This document shows, piece by piece, positions 25,303 to 36,430 of a stretch of 64,000 bases of DNA. The notes under the pieces were generated by a model. That model ran no database searches. It saw only the letters and a list, made by a program, of their open reading frames with translations, and was not told where the DNA came from. The stretch comes from Lepidodermella squamata (Eukaryota > Animalia > Gastrotricha), in the NCBI GenBank assembly GCA_047495785.1, contig JBLDXI010000012.1, positions 62,001-126,000 of the forward strand, read 5' to 3'. Position 1 is the stretch's first letter. Every line of letters starts with the position of its first letter. The translations under genes and the position numbers were made by a program.

Positions 25303-25503
25303 TTAGCCGCGAAATCCTACGAATCGTTGGTAAGGATTTCGAATAGGAATAATGCCTCTCCCACGAAACTTATTAGCGTCGAACGGCCTGCGTAGCTTCA
25401 TCGCCAATCGCTTTGTCCGGATCAAGAATGGCTGAGACTCGCTCGTAAGTACAATAGCAAACGTCATCAGGAATATTCCAGCAAAAATCAGCATGTGATT
25501 CAT
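25303..25503 (-). CDS. Small secreted basic peptide precursor, possible GFR-amide
   Basis: Signal peptide; RTKR site; ends RFVGFRG. Confidence 0.8.
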   Translation of the reverse strand: MNHMLIFAGIFLMTFAIVLTSESQPFLIRTKRLAMKLRRPFDANKFRGRGIIPIRNPYQRFVGFRG

Positions 25504-25714
25504 CGTCGATTTTTATTCGGAAAAATTATTCGCAGTGAAAATTTGAAAATGAAAAAAATCCGTATGGGTCAACAATTTATTTCTTTTTCTGCGCCAATTA
25601 ACATTTGGCCCTTCCTAATTAACGCGAATTAACGCATAAAAACATTCGAAATAAAAAACTAAATAATAAAATCAAAGGCGTGGTAATTTTGTTATTAAAA
25701 TTGATAACGCTTTG

Positions 25715-26017
25715 TTAGTGGACTTGTCCCCTATCGCCGTCCAGCCGACTCGGAAGTGCTTCTTTCGGGTATTTCGCGTGCGTGTGGGGCGGCACGTGGA
25801 CGAAAAGATTGTCCGCATTGACATCTAGCAGCCAGGCCGGATATTTTTTCGCGAGTTTTTTGCGATAACTCCTCGCATAGTCTGGATCGGACATGAAGAG
25901 CGCGTGACTGTCATCGCCCTGGTACTTCGACAGCAGTCTAGTCAGCCCAACGACGTCGGCTAATAGTAAATCAGCGAGTAAAATAAGAGTTATCACCACA
26001 ACTGTTACTTTCGACAT
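25715..26017 (-). CDS. Small secreted protein, SDPxY/YPAW subfamily
   Basis: DDSHALFMSDPDYARSYRKKLAKKYPAWLL aligns with the 14404 gene. Confidence 0.85.
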   Translation of the reverse strand: MSKVTVVVITLILLADLLLADVVGLTRLLSKYQGDDSHALFMSDPDYARSYRKKLAKKYPAWLLDVNADNLFVHVPPHTHAKYPKEALPSRLDGDRGQVH

Positions 26018-26293
26018 TTTTTATTAAATTGAATGTAAACTCGAGGTTACAAATAAGCTTATACCTAGTGGTGATGAGTAATACTTCGATCCTGGGCTGC
26101 GATATTAAATTCTTTATTGGAAACTCTCGCAGTGGTCATATAATATGGCCAATTGACGATGACAGTGCGACACTAACACAGTCATTTTGTTTTTGGTCAT
26201 CCCGTGGGAATCCCGTGGGCGCTTGTCGAAAATAGCACAAAACATGACAACAGTTATTCACTGTTTTCGTTAGATGATAGGTATGTGAATAAA

Positions 26294-26485
26294 TCATAAT
26301 AACATCCATGCCGGTAGCTTCCTCCGATACCCATTGACTCGCCTGTTTGCGTCAAGGTCGGCCAGCATCAAAGGATTCGGTCGATTGCCCAGAGACCCGG
26401 CGGTTATTTCAACATCAGCGTCAGCCTTCGACGTGAAAAGGCACACCAGGCACCAAAAAATCAAAAAAGTTGATAGAAGCTTCAT
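26294..26485 (-). CDS. Small secreted peptide precursor, PAW subfamily
   Basis: Signal peptide; PLMLAD; ends RRKLPAWMLL. Confidence 0.85.
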   Translation of the reverse strand: MKLLSTFLIFWCLVCLFTSKADADVEITAGSLGNRPNPLMLADLDANRRVNGYRRKLPAWMLL

Positions 26486-26756
26486 TTTGTCGAGAAACCG
26501 TATTTTCCGCCCTCGAACTCGAAATATATAGATAAGACGAGTGAACTTTTCGAGATTCGGGATTAAATCGCCTATGCGTGGCTTAATATTTAATCAAGTA
26601 TAGTCAGCTGTCAGCTTTCAGCCGCCGCCAATAGTTAAAACAAACGGCGGAAACGTTATTCTTGTCATTTTTATTGATCCCTACGAGTAAATTAGTCCAT
26701 GATTGATTCCTAATTGGTTATATCACTCTTATCTCGGAATGCTTATATCGGTCGGT

Positions 26757-27092
26757 TCAGTGATGTAGCATTTCAAAGTGTCTAAACATCTCATCCTCCG
26801 CCGGGTCTAGCAGCCATTTGACAAGGGTTGGTTTAACGTAGCGAGGCGCATTTTTTCGCCTGTCAGCCCGAACAGCTAGAGTTGCCCGCTTCGGCCGGCC
26901 GCCGTATTGCTGCAGCAATCGGTCGATAACTTGCTGCATGAATTTAGGGTCCATCATCATTTTGTACTGCATCTCCGAGTTTTCGTTGATCAAACGCACG
27001 ACGGGGGCTCCTCCACTTCGGCGACGTGGTCTACACATCGCTTGGTCCAGCGCCATACAACAAATCAACAGAATGAGACATCGATAACTCAT
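26757..27092 (-). CDS. Small secreted protein
   Basis: Signal peptide; RPRRR; MMMDPKF; KWLLD. Confidence 0.8.
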   Translation of the reverse strand: MSYRCLILLICCMALDQAMCRPRRRSGGAPVVRLINENSEMQYKMMMDPKFMQQVIDRLLQQYGGRPKRATLAVRADRRKNAPRYVKPTLVKWLLDPAEDEMFRHFEMLHH

Positions 27093-27228
27093 TTTTTTCA
27101 AGTCTAAAAAAAGAGGGAAATATATATATAAATTATTTTTATTTTTTGAGGGTTGTTATAATTCAGCTATAAATAACATAGGGTAGGCGAGTATATTAAA
27201 TTTTGAGGATTCCACTCAGCGCTATAAT

Positions 27229-27642
27229 TTAGTTATCGTAATTTTTTTGAATAGGAACAAGCCGGCCACCAAAGCGGAGGAGTTGGCCTCTATTCATCGG
27301 GATGAAACTAGCGACCGGCACGAGATCAACATGCGCTGGCTTCCCGATCGGGCCGCTTCGTAGGGACAGCTTCCTCTGCCGCTGAAGGAGGTCTTGCAAG
27401 TTGTTGTAGTAATCGCCATAGCCGCGTTTGCGACGGTCTTCCGACGAATCAACCCCGTGATCTTCGACAAAATCGTGGATAAAATCTTCGTTGCCGAAGA
27501 ATCGCTTGTTGCCACTTGTCGCTAATGAGTTAAGCATCAGCGACCTGTATAGGTCACTTTCGACATCCCGCCGCGTTCTTGTAGCAGCTGCAACGCTCAT
27601 AACAGCCGCATAAGCGATGAAGAACAGTGCGGAATGGACCAT
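27229..27642 (-). CDS. Prohormone-like precursor with three processing sites
   Basis: Signal peptide; RTRR, KR and RRKR sites; SLMLNS; LLRFGGRLV. Confidence 0.85.
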   Translation of the reverse strand: MVHSALFFIAYAAVMSVAAATRTRRDVESDLYRSLMLNSLATSGNKRFFGNEDFIHDFVEDHGVDSSEDRRKRGYGDYYNNLQDLLQRQRKLSLRSGPIGKPAHVDLVPVASFIPMNRGQLLRFGGRLVPIQKNYDN

Positions 27643-27976
27643 TTTTCTAAAAATTTGAGTATTATGTGTTTATTTTAAGTGTGAGTATTTTTGGTGTAAT
27701 CAGGAAGTTTTATTCAAGCATGAAACCATCCATGCGGAAACGAAATCAATAATAACGTGTTTATCGCTTGTTTTTCTGCGTAACAGGTAAATTACATCAT
27801 TTTTTTGGAATATATTGCGGGGGATTATATCGGAAACTAAATTGTCTCAATGCGCACCAGAAATGGGTTACTGTTTTTGTTTATTTTCATCGATTTGACA
27901 AAGAAGAAAAATATCATAACGTTTAAGCTGGCATTAATGAGAACATCTCAAGGGATGCATTTTATTCGAGACATTA

Positions 27977-28222
27977 TTATAGCCGCACTGATCGTTTGTT
28001 CATATAATAGGAGTCGAAGTGAATCGATTTGTCGGCCAAAAAACCAGGCGGCACTTTTTTGCCACTTATTTCGAAAATGGCGCCGTTATCGCTGCGTAAT
28101 TTGTGCTTGATCGGGTGAGATCGTAGCAGCGGGAAATGGTAATAACTCGCCTCCATACTGCTCGCCCCAACTATAAAGAGTAAAGCTATTGAAATAAAAG
28201 CCACCAGCAAGCAGTTTTTCAT
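27977..28222 (-). CDS. Small secreted peptide precursor
   Basis: The internal ATG (MKNCLLVAF...) gives a clean signal peptide; KR near the end. Confidence 0.75.
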   Translation of the reverse strand: MKNCLLVAFISIALLFIVGASSMEASYYHFPLLRSHPIKHKLRSDNGAIFEISGKKVPPGFLADKSIHFDSYYMNKRSVRL

Positions 28223-28478
28223 TGTGAATGAAACGAAAAAAAATAAAAATATCCGTGTGGAAAAATGGCCCAGTTTATTATTATAGCCTAATACGTCGTG
28301 TTTGACAACATGCTTCATTAGCTTTATACATATCGTGACAATATATGATTTTATTAGGCAAAAATTACGATCGATTCGCAGTGGGCGAGAGAAAAGCTAT
28401 TTTTTCTTCTACCCACTGGTCAGTGAATCACAACAAAATACAGCCGGCGGACATTTTATTAAGTCCTATATCTCACAC

Positions 28479-28772
28479 TTACTGCTTAATGCCTGATAGG
28501 TTGATAACAGGGACCTCGTGAGAGTGCCTGTTCTCATTGTGTCCCGGATCTTCGGCTGAACTGTCGTCATCGGTAGTAGCAACATGGTGGTGAATAGCCT
28601 TAGCAACATGCCGAGAGACATAAGCAGGGTGAACACGGCGTTTGAACATGTTAGGATGGTTGATTTCAAAATGGCCAAAGTCTTCACCCTCGTCCGAGTT
28701 GCTAGCAATAGCAACTACCATCAGGGCAAAAGCGACGGCCGAAAACAGAAAGATAGTTTTATTATTAAACAT
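28479..28772 (-). CDS. Small secreted His/Asp-rich precursor
   Basis: Signal peptide MFNNKT...; KRR; HHHV..DDDSSA resembles the 29625 gene. Confidence 0.85.
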   Translation of the reverse strand: MFNNKTIFLFSAVAFALMVVAIASNSDEGEDFGHFEINHPNMFKRRVHPAYVSRHVAKAIHHHVATTDDDSSAEDPGHNENRHSHEVPVINLSGIKQ

Positions 28773-28932
28773 GTTATTGCAAGATTGAAAATTTGACTGA
28801 ATAAACTTTGGGTTGAAATTCTTCGGAAGATATGCCCTAATAACATCCGACCACGCGAGTTAAGCTCAGACACAGGGGTAATTAGGATATCCTGAGTGCA
28901 GGCATGTAGCCAGCAATAACCTGTTTCCAGGG

Positions 28933-29496
28933 CTAGACATCACGATCAACAGCAACTTCCCGAAGTGACAAATTCTGGATTCTTGCGTTATTTTGCTCAG
29001 TGTCGGAAGTCCGCTGACGTATCGAATTGCTGAGTTGGTCCAACGCGGGGATTATCCATTCCCGGAATGACGTCTTCCCACTTGCCGTCAGCGCGTAAAT
29101 CGAGCAAATGCTTACCTCCAGGCCGCTGATTATCGCAATCGTCAACGGCACCTGCCCGCCGTCTAAATCCTTAGCTGAGAACACCATAAGTAGGACTAAC
29201 GAGTACGTAAATCCGACGAATCCGGTTAGGAAAATCGCGATGCAGTCGATGTAGGTCTTCCTGTCTTGTCCGGTCATGAAATTCGCGAATATTGCGAGGA
29301 GACAAGTCAAAGCCATAGCTATGATCATGAAATAAAAACTGAAAAGCTCGATTTAGTTTGGATATATTTGAAAAAAAGGAATTTCAGACCTTGCAACTTC
29401 CGGGAACATTGTCTGGCGAACACTGAGGCCAAAAATTGCCGTCATAATAGAGCTGACTGGTCCAGCGAGAGCGAGGTAGTTGAAACAGAATCCCAT
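28933..29496 (-). CDS. Two-exon small four-transmembrane protein of unknown family
   Basis: MGFCFNYLAL...EVA| GT-AG intron (about 29389-29339) |SFYFMIIAM...; four hydrophobic segments and a polar tail. Confidence 0.65.
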
Positions 29497-29624
29497 TTTA
29501 CAAAATACTAATAAAAATAAGCGACAATAATGGTGGTTTTTATTTGATAAATCAAGCAAAGCAATGCATTGGGAAGATCGCGGGATTTGATTTGTTTATT
29601 TATTTAGCACTTGGCCAAGTGTGA

Positions 29625-29834
29625 TTAATTATCCCCGCCAGCAGACGAATCATCTTCGTCTCCATTGTGGACGAGGTGGTGAAGGTAGCGCTTCTCGTCG
29701 ACCTTGCCAATTTTAGCCGACTTGTACATCGACGGCTGGGCGCCGTAGTAGAAGTTGTAAGCTTCGGCTACTTCAAGCGTGACGATGAACAGCATCATTA
29801 CGGCTAGGAAGATGACGGTCTTGTTTGCGAACAT
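29625..29834 (-). CDS. Small secreted precursor, YNFY subfamily
   Basis: Signal peptide ending AEA; YNFYYG; KR; HHLVH..DEDDSSA. Confidence 0.85.
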   Translation of the reverse strand: MFANKTVIFLAVMMLFIVTLEVAEAYNFYYGAQPSMYKSAKIGKVDEKRYLHHLVHNGDEDDSSAGGDN

Positions 29835-30092
29835 TTTTATGTCGAAAAAAGATTTATGGCCTCAAAAATAACTAGAATGCGAGCTGAACTCTCGAGTCAT
29901 TACACTCATCCGATTTTGTTTTGGCTCGTCGCAATCTGGTAATTACTTTCTTATGACTTGTGATTCCCTGAAGAGCGAAAAAAACACTGATGGTTCATCT
30001 TGGCTGAATCCAGTGCAAAAATACCAAAAAATCGGTAATTATGGCAAATAGCAAAGCTTTTTATTTCGGTCTAAGGTAAGAATCGCAAATCG

Positions 30093-30279
30093 GGCAGAAC
30101 GTCATAACAGCAAATACCCAAAACAGAAAGAGCGACAAAACAGCTAATTTGTCCACTTGCGACATAACAGCAGAAACACTATTGCATTTAGTAAGTTTTC
30201 GCTGTTTTGTCGCGAAATAAAAAAGTTGCTGTTTTGTCGCATTTGCTTTTCTGCGCAGTTGCTGTTTTGGCGCTGTACC
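30093..30279 (+). mobile_element. MITE (ACAGC/GCTGT modular), copy 1
   Basis: Internal inverted AACAGC/GCTGTT units; a reverse-complement copy lies at 45496-45688. Confidence 0.75.
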
Positions 30280-30360
30280 GGGTTAGAAGGAAGAAGACAC
30301 AAAATTCACAAAAAATGACACCGGTTCAAACAAATTTCTTAAAATTTCCAGAAATGTCTA

Positions 30361-30624
30361 TCAAAATACTTCATTTTCCTGGTCGTCTTCGTGCTGCCCG
30401 TGTAGCATTGTATCATAGCCATTACCTTGATACGCGGCACCATGGTCGGTCGCGTGGGAGGGTAGGAAGCGTTTAGACGGTTGCGCCTTTTGAGCCTTCC
30501 CGCCATTTTTCGAGAATCCTTTCAAGCCACCAGTGTAAAAGTTGTAGCACTCAGCATTCTCGATTGCTACCAGCAAAAACGCGGAAATCGCTAGGAAAAC
30601 GTAAAAGCGGTTGATAGTTGCCAT
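30361..30624 (-). CDS. Small secreted precursor, YNFY subfamily
   Basis: Signal peptide ending AEC; YNFYTG; KRFL; acidic His-containing end. Confidence 0.85.
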   Translation of the reverse strand: MATINRFYVFLAISAFLLVAIENAECYNFYTGGLKGFSKNGGKAQKAQPSKRFLPSHATDHGAAYQGNGYDTMLHGQHEDDQENEVF

Positions 30625-30756
30625 TTAAAAAAAAATGTCTGGTATTTTTCAGTATTTATTTATTCGAAAAAAATTGTATTTTGGCGCATGTCTATGGGGT
30701 CTATAATGTTGATTAGCGCAGCTCGTATAATTTGAAAAAATATGACATATCAGTAT

Positions 30757-31086
30757 CTATTTTTTTCTAATTAGATAGCTGTAGCTGGCCCACTGGCGGT
30801 TCGATCGATTCAGCCGAGAGTTCTTCCAACGCGATCCCGTGTCTTTCTGCTGATTATCTTCGTCGAAATTTTTCGTCTGAAATCTTGCGATGATTTGATT
30901 CACCCGCTGCCTTGGCCGTAGTTCTACAGCCAGAAATTCATTGTCCCCCTTGCTAGAACCGCGGGCCAAAGACGCTTTCGGCAGCCGTTTCATCTCGTAA
31001 TTCGAAAAGGTTTCAGCAGCATTGAACTGGGCCATAGCTATTACATAGCTGCAGAAAAATAAAAGGAGAGCGGCTGAAAGTTTCAT
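30757..31086 (-). CDS. Small secreted precursor
   Basis: Signal peptide; KR; basic C-terminus. Confidence 0.8.
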   Translation of the reverse strand: MKLSAALLLFFCSYVIAMAQFNAAETFSNYEMKRLPKASLARGSSKGDNEFLAVELRPRQRVNQIIARFQTKNFDEDNQQKDTGSRWKNSRLNRSNRQWASYSYLIRKK

Positions 31087-31499
31087 TTTGCCAAAAAAAA
31101 AGTAGATTGATATGTAAAACTCTACTGAATTTACACAAAAAATATGATATCGCTATTTCCTGACACTTCACCCGCAACTCAACAATACATGCATCATAGA
31201 ATACAAAAGGCGATCAATCGTGGGCGCTTTTGGTATTAATAATTCAGGTGTTTTGATATACAGTGATTGCGGAAGCGGCTGCTGCGCGGTGCAATGTTTG
31301 TTCAAGTGCTCAGAAAATTCTTCAATATTTACAATTATTTTTTTTGTATTTTTGTCACACTGAAAACGCATTAGGACAAATGCTACCACGGGAATTCAAG
31401 AAGACAAAATTGATTTTGACCTGACATCATTTAGTGCGGAAATGTTTTGGTCACTTCTTGCATCAAAAATGATTTCCCAAGTGGTGATCAGAAAAAACT

Positions 31500-31790
31500 C
31501 CACTTGACAGTTAACAACTGAAAAGTTGGGTTTGGCGAAATGTTTGACATCGAAATTTTAGGATCGATGAATGATGAGTCGATCGATATCAAAACGGGGA
31601 GGATAGTCATTAGGGTTGCTGAGAAAATGGGTTTCAAAATGGCTAATTTCGAAAAATGCCTGCTTAAATTTTTTTATTGCATCAATTAAGAATTCGTCGC
31701 GCAATAAAATCTGATGTTATTATCTTGTGCGCGATCGAAGTTTTTTTTAGGTAATCTGATGTGAGGAATTCCACGTCTGAATTCCAAAAA
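31500..31790 (+). repeat. Degenerate dispersed repeat, copy 2 of 3
   Basis: Similar to 630-1040 and to the reverse complement of 53280-53600. Confidence 0.7.
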
Positions 31791-31944
31791 TTCGAAATCC
31801 TTAAGGAAAACTGAATTAGATCATCATTCAAAAATCGTCCCTCTTCAAGTGAACACACTTTTTGGCATTGCTAGAAAATTGAGAACATATTTTTCCTTGT
31901 TTTAGCGGGCACTTTATTCATGAAAACAGAATAAGAATTAAGAA

Positions 31945-32421
31945 TCAATCGATCTTCCAGAATTTTCTATTCGGGCGCTGAATCACCCTGTCCATTAAGT
32001 TGACAAGATTATGCGTGTGTTCCGGCGTCTCCTGGGCAGGTCTGTGCATTAGAAACGCATCGCTCATCATCGCAGGCACGGGCTTGCCAACCGTTGAATA
32101 GCGGATTCGAAACGCTGGCGGTTGGGTCGGGGCAGGTATGGCGACAGTTTGATCTGCTGTCACATCGGCTGGTACCTCCAAATTAAACCCAGCCCTGCCT
32201 GTTGGATTTCGCAGGTCGTAGATCTGCGCGAGTTGCCGCTCCCGCATCGATGAGGCGCCCGGGTCGGTAAATTTCGAATGAAATGCCAGCTTTTTCTTAG
32301 CCTGAGCTTTCTTGCTCTGATCAGATGAGTTCATTAACAAGAGCAGGCTCAACGCTACGACACTGATCATCGCCACAGCGGCGAATAACAGCACGAAGGA
32401 GCATTGATTCTTGGCTGGCAT
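31945..32421 (-). CDS. Intronless protein with a long N-terminal hydrophobic segment (signal anchor or long signal peptide)
   Basis: Hydrophobic stretch of about 22 aa followed by a Pro-rich, Cys-free region. Confidence 0.75.
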   Translation of the reverse strand: MPAKNQCSFVLLFAAVAMISVVALSLLLLMNSSDQSKKAQAKKKLAFHSKFTDPGASSMRERQLAQIYDLRNPTGRAGFNLEVPADVTADQTVAIPAPTQPPAFRIRYSTVGKPVPAMMSDAFLMHRPAQETPEHTHNLVNLMDRVIQRPNRKFWKID

Positions 32422-32580
32422 GGTGTGTGAAAAAATTTCAAAATTTCGTATAAAATTAAAAAAAATAAGACGGGCATCAAATTTTTCAGGCGTGAAGTTG
32501 AATCAACTAACCGTCATAATTTTATTATTTTTTATTTTTATCGACAATTTTAGAAACAATTAACAGTGTGGGCGTGATGA

Positions 32581-32868
32581 TTAACGTCCGTAAGATTTCG
32601 AGTACTGACGGCTGACCTTGCTGAGTTGCTGCTCGATCCATTTTGAGGGAACAACGCCTTCATCTTCGTAATCAACGCTGAACGGCCGTCGGGATGGCGA
32701 CTTCAACCGGGCTGGCAACTGGCGATGTCGCTGGAGTTTTTGCTGCCAGGCCATTAATATGTTATTAGGATCTCGACTCGGATAGATCTCTGCCGCTGAA
32801 GCTAGGACTGCTCCGAAGATCAATATCGCAAAAACTATAGACAGCCCAAATTTTTGACAGCTATTCAT
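32581..32868 (-). CDS. Small secreted precursor, possible amidation (GR end)
   Basis: Signal peptide ending ASA; RR; VPSKWI; ends YSKSYGR. Confidence 0.8.
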   Translation of the reverse strand: MNSCQKFGLSIVFAILIFGAVLASAAEIYPSRDPNNILMAWQQKLQRHRQLPARLKSPSRRPFSVDYEDEGVVPSKWIEQQLSKVSRQYSKSYGR

Positions 32869-34414
32869 AGTTGCACAAAACACGATTTGAAGTTTAAATT
32901 TCTAAAACGAGAAAAATCACTGTGAAATTCGACGCGAAGTTAGTTATAAGACAAAGCACGTGAATTTCGAGTGTTGAGATAGGAATCATGTTGCGAGTGA
33001 CATCACGTTCTACATACCCCGCTCTTTGATGAACGATGATTGACATTCCGATCAATTTTGGTAGTTTCCCATAGTCCATAATTATTAGACCCTTATTTAC
33101 TTATTGCGTGAGCGTGAAAATTGCTCACTAGAGACATTCCTAATAATATATGAAACGATTTTTTTGTAAGAAACATTCCTTTGCTATGGATTGAAGCGCA
33201 TTTCGGATGATTTTGTCCCAGTTTAGGTAACAAGATGATGAGGACATTAGAGTAATCTCTAAAATTAAATTCTTTACATAGTTGATGGGAGTAGCGGAGG
33301 TGGATGTGGGGTGCATTTTATATCACAGGGACAATTGATGCTGGTCGAATATGATGAATTATTTACTCGCTACCAAGCGATTAGTGGATGAAAATTTGAA
33401 CATTAATAAAAAGTCGTGTCGAGAACAATTTTTCGCCACCTCAGCGTGACATTTTTTTTACAAACTATCAGGTGTCTCCCAGTTGACGTCATTGCGCGTA
33501 ACCCGATCGGCTAGCACGTCGTTATTACACCAGAGAATGTTTTGAAATATTCGAACCTGGTTTAGCAAATTGACCTCCCCGCGTGTGAAGCGAAGAACAA
33601 GCACTATCCCGTTGAAGTTTCCATAAACAGCATTTCCTATATGTAATCTGTCACATATAGCACTTGTCATGTATAGCAATAAATATATTCAAATTAATGA
33701 ATTGCTCTTTGGGTCATCGCTTGACTATAGCCCCAGGGAGAAGGGAAAAAATTGCGAAAATAAATTATATCAGCGCGTATCACAGGACGAGAGTTTCACT
33801 CGATGCGTGGTGACTTTATTAATTGAAAGTCGATCGGCATTCGGATCTAGAGCTACCTCCGCATGAGAGCAAGCAATAATTCTTGTAAACACCGTCATTC
33901 ATAAATCAGCTTGAGAGTAATAATCGATTTGCGAGTGGAAATTGAGATCAGAACGATTTCCCTCGTTTTTACTCAGCAACGCCTAGATTCGATTATTATG
34001 AGCATTTTTTACTCCAAATATTTATTTTTTAATTTCGTCAATAATCTACGTCAGAATTTTTTGCAAATTCAAACAAATCCACTCCATGATTAATCGGCGT
34101 GATTCGACGGGCGGCTCAATAAGTGCAGCCGCTATAAAAAAACTATCATCAAATGAGAACACGGCGGAAGATTAAAAATTGACAAAAAAAAAATAAAGTC
34201 TTAACTAACGCGAAATTCGAGATATAATTCGTGTTCTTTTCACGCTGCATCTTCCGGATGTTTTTGACACTTTTTAGGAGACTGATCAATGAAAATTTAA
34301 GCCACACCAACTCACGCCAACAGCTATATTAATAAATGATGTCCCGATGTGTGCTTTCGCTTTCTATTTCACTTGGGAAAAATATTTCCGAGTACAAATT
34401 TAGCTATCCGCAAT

Positions 34415-34732
34415 ATGTGGACCTGTTTTTTGATACTTTCTCTCGCAGTCTGTTCGGTTCTAGCTGCTGGGCCGGTGATTATCGAACGACCGGATGACAG
34501 CAAGTCACCTGTTCGAAGCCAAGCGAATTTCGACGATGAAGTGCATGGCTACATGCTGGATCCTAACTACTACAAACATCGCCCATCAAATCACCGATCC
34601 CGCGGCCATAAGGCCAAAAATGTTGGAACGCCATCCGGTAACAAGGCTAATAAGAACCCGCCGCAAAACATCGTTTGGATAAACGGAAAGGCCTTCAAAC
34701 TGCCCAATGGCGTAGAGTTTGGATTGTCCTAA
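34415..34732 (+). CDS. Small secreted precursor, DDEVHGYML/INGK subfamily
   Basis: Signal peptide MWTCFLIL...; DDEVHGYMLDPNYY; IVWINGKAFKL; homologous to the 12089 gene. Confidence 0.85.
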   Translation: MWTCFLILSLAVCSVLAAGPVIIERPDDSKSPVRSQANFDDEVHGYMLDPNYYKHRPSNHRSRGHKAKNVGTPSGNKANKNPPQNIVWINGKAFKLPNGVEFGLS

Positions 34733-35232
34733 CGTAGTCGCCTCTGGGTTTTATATTATAGTCTTTTATCGAGTTTCCTCCGCTAACGTTTCTCATCGTA
34801 AACATTCTGCGTCAGAGGAAATATTGCATCCTCTTCCTGGAATAAAGAAATAAGAGTTCACTTAACACTGTTTTTTTGAACTACTCATATTGCGACAGAT
34901 TTTGCGTGAAGAGAATTTGCGAGTGCGTCATTTTCACATTTTTTTTCTGCAAGGGTCACTCATATTGTATACGATTATCAATGGCACTTCAACGAAAACC
35001 TGGTTTTACGAACTCCCATAATCCTGATGCGCCCACCCACAGGTACTTATGGGCGAACGATCTCATTGAACCCATGAAGGGATTTGAGATTATCGGAGCA
35101 TTAAGGACATAATTTGCATACCTCGAATAAATCCCATTATCCGCCTCAACAAACCTTTGAGTATCTCGTTGATCATTCATTTTTCATTAGCTGATAAATT
35201 TTACGAAATAATATTTCGTTTCTCCCGACGCA

Positions 35233-35463
35233 ATGAAATATGCTCAGTTTTTGACAATGCTAGTTTTGCTAGCCTCTATAGCCGTGGGGCAAAGCTCGGC
35301 CGAAGATGGAGACGTGAGCGTAATCGAGCCTGATTCGGCAGTTGGTTTCAACGTTCTGTGGAAGCGTGGCATTGTTCCGATCCCTCTTCAGAAGTACATG
35401 AAGAAATATGGACGCCGCCGCCAGCAAAATGTACTCACCAAACCAAACCTTCACAATGAATAA
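35233..35463 (+). CDS. Small secreted precursor, predicted GIVPIPLQKYMKKY-amide
   Basis: Signal peptide; acidic spacer; WKR|peptide|GRRR. Confidence 0.85.
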   Translation: MKYAQFLTMLVLLASIAVGQSSAEDGDVSVIEPDSAVGFNVLWKRGIVPIPLQKYMKKYGRRRQQNVLTKPNLHNE

Positions 35464-35655
35464 GGACTAAGCAGATGAAGCATCTCATCGTTTTTTAATT
35501 CACATTGTTAGGAACGTCCCGCAATAAACTAACTTTCGTACTGTATAGCTTCATACTTAAAGTATTCGGTATTCACATTGAAATAATTGATAGTTGAGTT
35601 CAATCATAAGCTTGCTTTTCCTTGAATTCCGCGATTACGGATCGCAGTCATGGAT

Positions 35656-36430
35656 CCCAGTCAAAAGTCCTTGGGCCCATGGTAGGCCTTGGGGCCCACT
35701 ATAGGCCCAAGGCAGGAAGTCAATGGGCCCATGGTAGGCCCACGCTAGTTGCTAGGCCCGTTATAGGCCCAAAATTTGTTAGGCCCATTATTGGCCCAAA
35801 GTTTGTTAGGCCCATGGTAGGCCCAAGTGCCGATGTCTAAATGCCGATTCTTGATCGGGCCCAAAATAGGCCCAATCGAATGCTTAATTAGGCTGATGAA
35901 TTGTGTGCATATGCAAATTAGTTAGCTGGAATACAAGCTGAGCTCTCGCGAGGGGGGTCAAACGTCAAATTCCAGCTGAATTATCAAGATCTGCCAAACG
36001 TTGATGTACTGAATACATCACAAGGTCCTCCTGTATAGTCCCTTATCTCTTTCTCACCATGATTCGTCCCTGTATCCCCTCTCTTCTATGATTGTATCTC
36101 TATTTTACCTGGCGGTAAGTTTAGACCTATGTGACCAAGGTAGCAGGTTTTCTATTCCATCCCATGCTATGTAATGAAGCATATGCGGTGAACCTTTTAA
36201 TGCAATTTGATTAATTAAAAAATATAAAATTAGGACATTACATTTAATTAGGATGCCAATAATGGGCCCAAAATAGGCCCAGAACAGGCCCAAAATCCAA
36301 GCTTGGGCCCAGGAAAACGGACATACTCGGGCCCAACAAGGGCCCAGCCGGGGCTAACATGGGCCCATCTTAGGCCCAAGGGACAAGGCCTACCATGGGC
36401 CTACCATGGGCCCACCGGCTTTTGACTGGG
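35656..36430. mobile_element. Non-autonomous DNA transposon with CCCAG termini and GGGCCC subterminal repeats (EnSpm/CMC-like)
   Basis: TIR CCCAGTCAAAAG / CTTTTGACTGGG and many (T)GGGCCC(A) units at both ends. No clear TSD. Confidence 0.75.

Noticed and set aside
32900-34100. Short ORFs including MNDGVYKNYCLLSCG (Kazal- or ShK-like fragment)
   Set aside because: Flanked by stops, incomplete Cys pattern, no signal peptide.
34989-35180. 63-aa minus-strand ORF with aaaATG between two array genes
   Set aside because: No signal peptide or shared motif; cannot be distinguished from chance.
35670-35880. Regularly spaced GGCCCA repeats resembling a CRISPR or satellite array
   Set aside because: Eukaryotic context, no unique spacers, and mirrored at 36260-36420 as transposon subterminal repeats.
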